Of a stretch of DNA of 64,000 nt, positions 59,112 through 64,000 are shown piece by piece. The translations under genes were made by a program, and so were the position numbers. How positions within the stretch are numbered: the stretch's first letter is position 1; every line of letters starts with the position of its first letter. Below the pieces are notes generated by a model. The model saw nothing but the letters and a program-made list of their open reading frames with translations. It was not told the DNA's origin and did no database searches. The stretch is taken from positions 415 to 64,414 of the forward strand of contig JAIEQK010000018.1 in the NCBI GenBank assembly GCA_019747795.1, written 5' to 3'. The stretch comes from Gammaproteobacteria bacterium. GTDB lineage: Bacteria > Pseudomonadota > Gammaproteobacteria > Ga0077536.

Positions 59112-60113
59112 ATGAAGGTCGACGGCATGATCGGCTGGAATCTCGACACGGTCGGCGACGAGGCCGCCAAGCTCGAGAACCTGGGCTATACCGGCGCGAT
59201 GTCGGTCGAGACCGCCCACGATCCCTTCTTCCCGCTGGTGGTCGCCGCGCAGCGCACCACGCGGGTCGACCTCATGACCTCCATCGCCGTGGCTTTCGCC
59301 CGCACGCCCATGGTGCTGGCCAACATCGGCCACGACCTGAACGCGCTCGCGCGTGGCCGCTTCGTGCTCGGTCTGGGTTCGCAGATCAAGCCGCACATCA
59401 CCAAGCGCTTCAGCATGCCCTGGTCGGAACCCGCCGCGCGCATGCGCGAGTTCGTGCTGGCGATGCGCGCCATCTGGGCCACCTGGCACGAGGGCAAGCC
59501 GCTGACCTTCGTCGGCAAGTATTACGCCCACACCCTGATGACGCCGATGTTCACCCCGACCAACAACGAGTACGGCGCGCCGCGCGTGTTCCTCGCGGCG
59601 GTCGGTCCGCGCATGACAGAGGTCGCCGGTGAAGTGTGCGACGGCGTCATCATCCACGCCTTCACCACCGAGAACTACCTGCGCGAGACCACCCTGCCGG
59701 CCCTCGAGCGCGGGCTGGCCAAGGCCGGTCGCGCGCGGGCGGACTTCGAGGTGAGCTACCCGGTGTTCGTGGTCACCGGCCGTGACGAGCACGAGTTCGC
59801 GGCCTCGAAGAAGAACATCTGCAAGCAGATCGCCTTCTACGGCTCGACCCCGGCCTACCGACCGGTGCTGGAGAGCATCGGCGCGGGCGAACTGCAGGAT
59901 GAACTCAATCGCATGTCCAAGCAGGGTCGCTGGGACGACATGGGCCTGCTTATCGACGACAAGCTGCTGGCCGCCTTCGCCGTGATCGGCGAGGTGGACA
60001 GCCTGCCCGCGCAGATCAAGGCGCGCTGCGCCGGCCTGGTCGACCGCGTGTCGGCCGCCTACGCGCATCTGGGCGAAGAAGACCAGCGCAAACTGGTGAC
60101 GGGCTTGCTGTGA
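59112..60113 (+). CDS. Luciferase-like (LLM class) flavin/F420-dependent oxidoreductase
   Basis: 333 aa from ATG 59112. TIM-barrel LLM pattern (...RFVLGLGSQ...; ...YGSTPAYRPVLE...). Confidence 0.78.
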   Translation: MKVDGMIGWNLDTVGDEAAKLENLGYTGAMSVETAHDPFFPLVVAAQRTTRVDLMTSIAVAFARTPMVLANIGHDLNALARGRFVLGLGSQIKPHITKRFSMPWSEPAARMREFVLAMRAIWATWHEGKPLTFVGKYYAHTLMTPMFTPTNNEYGAPRVFLAAVGPRMTEVAGEVCDGVIIHAFTTENYLRETTLPALERGLAKAGRARADFEVSYPVFVVTGRDEHEFAASKKNICKQIAFYGSTPAYRPVLESIGAGELQDELNRMSKQGRWDDMGLLIDDKLLAAFAVIGEVDSLPAQIKARCAGLVDRVSAAYAHLGEEDQRKLVTGLL

Positions 60114-60120
60114 ACATCGA

Positions 60121-60204
60121 CTGTAGGTCGGACTTCAGTCCGACATTCCGTTCCAGAGCATCAATCGAAATCGGGGAACGAATGTCGGGCTGAAGCCCGA
60201 CCTA
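60121..60204. repeat. REPIN-like inverted REP doublet
   Basis: Arm CTGTAGGTCGGACTTCAGTCCGACATTCC (60121-60149), a 30-nt spacer, then an inverted, slightly diverged arm GAATGTCGGGCTGAAGCCCGACCTA (60180-60204). Each arm starts with GTAG and is itself a hairpin (GTCGGAC-TTCA-GTCCGAC). Confidence 0.8.
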
Positions 60205-60624
60205 AATGTCTCTCACAAATGCCGGAAGCGTCAGCGACGGCGCGACCCGCTCGAACACCACCCGCACCGGCAACCCGAGCTTCAGCGTCGCGACTTCACC
60301 GCGCCAGGGCGCCTGCACGCGTACGCCTTCGGGCATGTCGACCGTCACCAGCGCGTAGGGCACGAGGCCCTTGAAGGCGAGATGAAAGGGATGATGGGCG
60401 ACGGTCCAGCTGTGCACCGTGCCGCGCCCACGGCTCTCGACCCACTCGACCCTGAGACTGAAGCACTCGGCGCACAGCGGACGCGGGTAATGGCGCACCG
60501 TGCCGCAGTCGGCGCAGGCCTGGAATACCAGGCGATGCTCGTTCAGCGCGTCCCAGTAGGGCTTGGACTCCGGCGTGATGGCCGGCAGCGGGCGCCCCGG
60601 CAGTTCGTGCGCAAAGCCGCTCAT
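60202..60624 (-). CDS. DUF35 OB-fold/zinc-ribbon protein (partner of SCP-x-type thiolases)
   Basis: 140 aa from ATG 60624, with an ATGA overlap with the thiolase stop. Zn ribbon CADCGTVRHYPRPLCAEC followed by an OB fold. Confidence 0.82.
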   Translation of the reverse strand: MSGFAHELPGRPLPAITPESKPYWDALNEHRLVFQACADCGTVRHYPRPLCAECFSLRVEWVESRGRGTVHSWTVAHHPFHLAFKGLVPYALVTVDMPEGVRVQAPWRGEVATLKLGLPVRVVFERVAPSLTLPAFVRDI

Positions 60625-61772
60625 GCGCGCGCCAGGATGGCGACGCTGCCATCCCCCATGTCGCCGTAGCCAGTCACCAGTCCGACCTCCGCGTTCGCGA
60701 CCTGCGCGCGGCCGGCCTCGCCGCGCAGTTGTCGCACCAGTTCGACGATGTGGTTCATGCCGGCGATGTGGCCCTGCGACAGCAAGCCGCCGTGGGTGTT
60801 GACCGGCAGGCGACCGTCCAGGCGGATCGCGCCCGAGGCGACGAAGGGTCCGCCCTCGCCGCGCTTGCAGAAGCCGAGCGCTTCGAGCTGGCGAATGACG
60901 ACGTAGGTGAAGCAGTCGTAGATCTCGGCCACGTCGATGTCGTCCGGCGTGACACCGGCCATCTCGAACGCGCGCGGCGCGCACTTGTCGAGACCGATGC
61001 CGACCATGTCCTGACGCTGGCTGATGGCGCTCGGCGAATCCGGGTGGCCTTCGGCGATGCCGAGCACCATCACGGCCGGCTTGCGCAGATCCCGCGCGCA
61101 GTCGGCGCGCGACACGACCACCGCCGCGCCGCCGTCGCTCTCGAGGCTGCAGTCGAACAGGCGAAACGGGTCGGCAATCATGCGCGAGGCCTGGTGATCT
61201 TCCACCGTCATGGGTTTCGTCATCATCGCGCGCCCGTTCAGGATGGCGTTGTGCCGCGTCGACACCGCAACCTCGGCGAAGTGCAGCGAGGTGGTGCCGT
61301 AGAGTTCCATGTGGCGGCGCGCCATGGGCGCGTAGAGCTGGGCCGGCGCAAAGGCGCCGACCGGCAGTTCGAACTCCGCGCAGGCGGCGAACTGCGGCAT
61401 CTGCTCCACCGCTTCCTGGATGCGTCCGCCCGACGAGCCGTTGCGCGCGATGGGCACCAGCACGTGACGACAGATGCCGGCCGAGACCGCGGCCAGCGCG
61501 CACTGCACGGCCGCAATCGGGCTCGCGCCGCCGAGCGGCGTGTGCGCGGAGAAGCGCAGGTCCTCGATGCCGAAGTTGGTGATGAAGTCCTCGGCCACCA
61601 CGCCGATGCCACCGTAGGGGATGAGGCCGTCGATGTCGCGGGGACTCAGGCCCGCGTCGGCGATGGCGGCCAGCGAGGCCTCGAGATGGAGCGCGAGCAC
61701 GCTCTGCCCGGAGACCTTGGAGTAGCGCGTCTCGCCGACCCCGCTTATCACGCCGCTCTTGTGGAGACTCAT
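60621..61772 (-). CDS. Thiolase-like (SCP-x / nonspecific lipid-transfer type) protein
   Basis: 383 aa from ATG 61772. ...FDCSLESDGGAAVVV...NTHGGLLSQGH..G, and the usual pairing with a DUF35 gene. Confidence 0.82.
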   Translation of the reverse strand: MSLHKSGVISGVGETRYSKVSGQSVLALHLEASLAAIADAGLSPRDIDGLIPYGGIGVVAEDFITNFGIEDLRFSAHTPLGGASPIAAVQCALAAVSAGICRHVLVPIARNGSSGGRIQEAVEQMPQFAACAEFELPVGAFAPAQLYAPMARRHMELYGTTSLHFAEVAVSTRHNAILNGRAMMTKPMTVEDHQASRMIADPFRLFDCSLESDGGAAVVVSRADCARDLRKPAVMVLGIAEGHPDSPSAISQRQDMVGIGLDKCAPRAFEMAGVTPDDIDVAEIYDCFTYVVIRQLEALGFCKRGEGGPFVASGAIRLDGRLPVNTHGGLLSQGHIAGMNHIVELVRQLRGEAGRAQVANAEVGLVTGYGDMGDGSVAILARA

Positions 61773-61912
61773 GGCCCTGCCTCGCGTGAAGGGAATGCCG
61801 GGAAGGTAGCGACGCGGCGCGATGCTGACAAGCATCAGCGGCGCGCCATTGACCGGCACATGGCTTGCGACCAGCATGGTGGCCGACAGTTTTCGTCGCC
61901 TGAAGGAGTGCC

Positions 61913-62173
61913 ATGGACAACGACCCCCTGGTGGTCGCGCTGCTGACCGACATTCGCGATCAGCAGCAGCGCCTGCTCGCCGAGTACACGCGCGTCGCCA
62001 ACGAGTCCCTGGCCCTGCAGCGCCAGGCCTTCGAGGCCCAGCAGAAGGCAATTGCGCAGCAGCATGTCTCGGTCGAGGCCCAGCTACGCTCTGCGCGCCT
62101 CTATCGTCGCGTGCTGCTGGTGACCGCCGCGACAGCGCTCGGCATCGTCCTTCTGCTGGCGCGGCTCGGCTGA
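61913..62173 (+). CDS. Small hypothetical protein: coiled-coil region plus a C-terminal TM helix
   Basis: 86 aa. ATG lies 6 nt after GAAGGAG, with strong GC3 bias. C-terminus VLLVTAATALGIVLLLA. Confidence 0.55.
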   Translation: MDNDPLVVALLTDIRDQQQRLLAEYTRVANESLALQRQAFEAQQKAIAQQHVSVEAQLRSARLYRRVLLVTAATALGIVLLLARLG

Positions 62174-62279
62174 GACCACGCCGAGAGGTCCTGCAACCAC
62201 GGCCGGCATTGACGCCCTGCGCGCGGCTGGCGGACGATGGCGGCGCCGACCGTCGTTCAACATCAGGAAGAGTCCCGCG

Positions 62280-63470
62280 ATGAGCGCAGCCCTGCTCGAA
62301 CAACATCTCGCCAGCGTGGCGCGCCTCGCGCCGCTGATCGCCACGCATGCCGCCGACGCCGAACGCGAGCGGCGCCTGCCGCAGCCCATCGTGCGCGCCA
62401 TGACCGAGGCCGGGCTGTTCCGGCTCTACGTGCCGCATTCGCTCGGCGGCTCGCAGCTCTCACCGCTCGAATTCGCCGAGATCCTGGAAGCCCTGTCGCG
62501 CATCGACGGTTCGACCGGCTGGTGCGCCTTCATCGGCAACGTCAACACGCTGTTCACCACGCCCATGCAGCCGGCGGCGATCGAGCGCATCTTCCTCGAT
62601 CAGCCCGGCACGGTGACCGGCTCGGCCTTCTTTCCCTTCGGTCGCGCGGTGCGGACCGAGGGGGGCTTCAGGCTCTCCGGACGCTGGCAGTTCGCGAGCG
62701 GCTGCCAGCATTGCCGCTGGTACTTCGTGCTGTGCCAGGAGTACGAGGGCGGCGAGCCGCAGTTCAGCGCGAGCGGCGTGCCGCTGACCCGCGCCTGCTT
62801 CCTGCCGCTCGAGGCCTACACCATCGAAGAGACCTGGGACGTGTCGGGCCTGTCGGGCTCGGGCAGCCACGACGTGATCCTGGACGACGTGTTCGTGCCG
62901 CGGGACATGACCTGGGTGTTCGGCCGCTCCATGCGTCCCGATCCCAAGCACTTCGGCGCGCCGGTCTATCGCCACCCGCCCTACGCGACCGGCGTGATGC
63001 AGGCCGGCTTCATCGGCATCGGCATCGCGCAAGGTGCCATCGACCATGCGATGGAAATCGCGCAGAGCAAGCTCGGCGTCGGCACCAGCACGCCGCTGCG
63101 CGAGCGGCCGACCTTTCACATCGGTCTCGCCGACGCCGTGGCCCTGGTGCGCGGTTCGCGCGCCTGGCTGAAGGAGGCGCTGGCGGAGTTCGAGCAGGCG
63201 GTGATGGCGGGTCAGGAAGTCTCCTACGAGTCGCGCGCCAACATGATGCTGGCCGCGACCAAGGCGATGCACAACAGCGCACGCGCCACCGACATCGTCT
63301 ACAGCCTGTGCGGCGCCAACGCCAACTACCGCAAGAACCCGCTGCAGCGCGCGCTGCGCGACGTGCACGCCGCGACCCAGCACTTCGCGGTGGCCATCAA
63401 CCAGGTGGAGTCCGCCGGTCGCATGATGGTGGGACTGGAACCGCTGGCGCCGCCGGTGATCCTGGGGTGA
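62280..63470 (+). CDS. Acyl-CoA dehydrogenase-fold protein (flavin-dependent monooxygenase type, HsaA/DszC/SfnB-like)
   Basis: 396 aa. ...RRLPQPIVRAMTEAGLFRLYVPHSLGG...SG.WQFASG... The subfamily call is from memory of the fold and was not verified. Confidence 0.65.
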   Translation: MSAALLEQHLASVARLAPLIATHAADAERERRLPQPIVRAMTEAGLFRLYVPHSLGGSQLSPLEFAEILEALSRIDGSTGWCAFIGNVNTLFTTPMQPAAIERIFLDQPGTVTGSAFFPFGRAVRTEGGFRLSGRWQFASGCQHCRWYFVLCQEYEGGEPQFSASGVPLTRACFLPLEAYTIEETWDVSGLSGSGSHDVILDDVFVPRDMTWVFGRSMRPDPKHFGAPVYRHPPYATGVMQAGFIGIGIAQGAIDHAMEIAQSKLGVGTSTPLRERPTFHIGLADAVALVRGSRAWLKEALAEFEQAVMAGQEVSYESRANMMLAATKAMHNSARATDIVYSLCGANANYRKNPLQRALRDVHAATQHFAVAINQVESAGRMMVGLEPLAPPVILG

Positions 63471-63487
63471 ACCGACCGGCGTAGACC

Positions 63488-63575
63488 CTGTAGGTCGGAC
63501 TTCAGTCCGACATTCCTCTTTCGTCACCGCGTTCGGGACTCTGGAAGGAATGTCGGACTGAAGTCCGACCTACAG
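63488..63575. repeat. REPIN-like inverted REP doublet (perfect 29-nt arms)
   Basis: CTGTAGGTCGGACTTCAGTCCGACATTCC (63488-63516), a 30-nt spacer, then the exact reverse complement (63547-63575). Same family as 60121-60204, but in the opposite orientation judged from the spacer end CTCTGGAA. Confidence 0.85.
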
Positions 63576-63600
63576 TTTCCAGCATCGCCCGTAAGTCCCC

Positions 63601-64000
63601 ATGCCCGAAGGCCCCGAAATCCGGCTCGAAGCCGACCGCATCGCCAAGGTGCTCGCCGGCCAGCGGATAGAACAGGCGCAGTGCACGCTGCCGGCGCTCA
63701 CGCGCCGCGTGGCGCGCCTGGCCGGCCGACGCGTCGACGCCGTCGAGACACGCGGCAAGGCGATGCTCATCCACCTCGACCATGGCCACACGCTGTATTC
63801 CCACAACCAGCTCTACGGCCGCTGGTTCGTGCAGAAGCGTGGCGAGCTGCCGAACACCGGCCGCAGCCTGCGCCTCGCGCTGCACACCGCCGCCGGCAGC
63901 GCGCTGCTCTACAGCGCGTCGACCATCGAGCTCCTGAAGACCGCGGAACTCGGCACGCATCCCTTCCTGAGTCGCCTGGGCCCGGACGCGCTGTCGGCCG
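63601..64000 (+). CDS. nei: Endonuclease VIII (Nei), 5' partial at the window edge
   Basis: The open frame from ATG 63601 reads MPEGPEIRLEADRIAKVL...HNQLYGRW... It runs off the window, so it is absent from the ORF track. Confidence 0.8.
   Translation, partial: MPEGPEIRLEADRIAKVLAGQRIEQAQCTLPALTRRVARLAGRRVDAVETRGKAMLIHLDHGHTLYSHNQLYGRWFVQKRGELPNTGRSLRLALHTAAGSALLYSASTIELLKTAELGTHPFLSRLGPDALSA

Noticed and set aside
60121-63575. A CRISPR array, considered because 29-nt repeats are separated by 30-nt spacers.
   Set aside because: The repeats within each element are inverted, not direct. There are only two per locus, the loci are 3.3 kb apart and no cas genes are present. The GTAG head plus hairpin fits REP/REPIN elements.

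Overview
This is a high-GC bacterial chromosomal segment with a strong third-position GC bias in every real gene. The long antisense and extended ORFs in the supplied track are mostly shadow ORFs. Gene content and synteny (metG / apbC-dcd, lptD-surA-pdxA-rsmA, amtB-glnK / ubiK-comM) point to a Gammaproteobacterium, possibly Xanthomonadales- or Nevskiales-like. That placement is inference only, because no searches were run and all family calls come from motifs read in the translations.

Layout:
- 1-24.7 kb: housekeeping genes.
- 24.7-28 kb, just past comM: a visibly less GC-rich patch. It holds a decayed AMP-ligase pseudogene, an orphan PEP-CTERM protein and a ResA/TlpA-like gene interrupted by one in-frame TGA.
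- 28.3-33.5 kb: a five-gene minus-strand operon in which every junction is a 4-nt start/stop overlap. The genes are an AcsA-like AMP ligase, 2-oxoacid dehydrogenase E1 alpha, E1 beta, lipoyl E2 and a stand-alone carrier protein. No E3 is present. An aminotransferase and an orphan GroEL paralogue without groES sit next to it.
- 36.9-64 kb: a region rich in oxidoreductase and catabolic genes. It contains an acyl-CoA dehydrogenase, a Baeyer-Villiger monooxygenase, two P450s with a ferredoxin, amidohydrolases, an LLM oxidoreductase, a DUF35/thiolase pair and a GrdB/PrdB-family gene that also has one in-frame TGA.

The two in-frame TGAs both fall at redox-motif positions and both have a downstream hairpin at SECIS distance, so I read them as candidate selenocysteine codons. 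The ORF track splits both genes.

Other non-genic signals:
- Two REPIN-like inverted REP doublets.
- A 54-nt direct repeat flanking the acyl-CoA dehydrogenase gene.
- A DnaA-box pair in a promoter-less convergent spacer.
- A roughly 0.5-kb non-coding stretch ending in a clear minus-strand intrinsic terminator.
- sigma54/NtrC-type sites in front of amtB and glnK.

I saw no rRNA, tRNA, CRISPR array, transposase or integrase.
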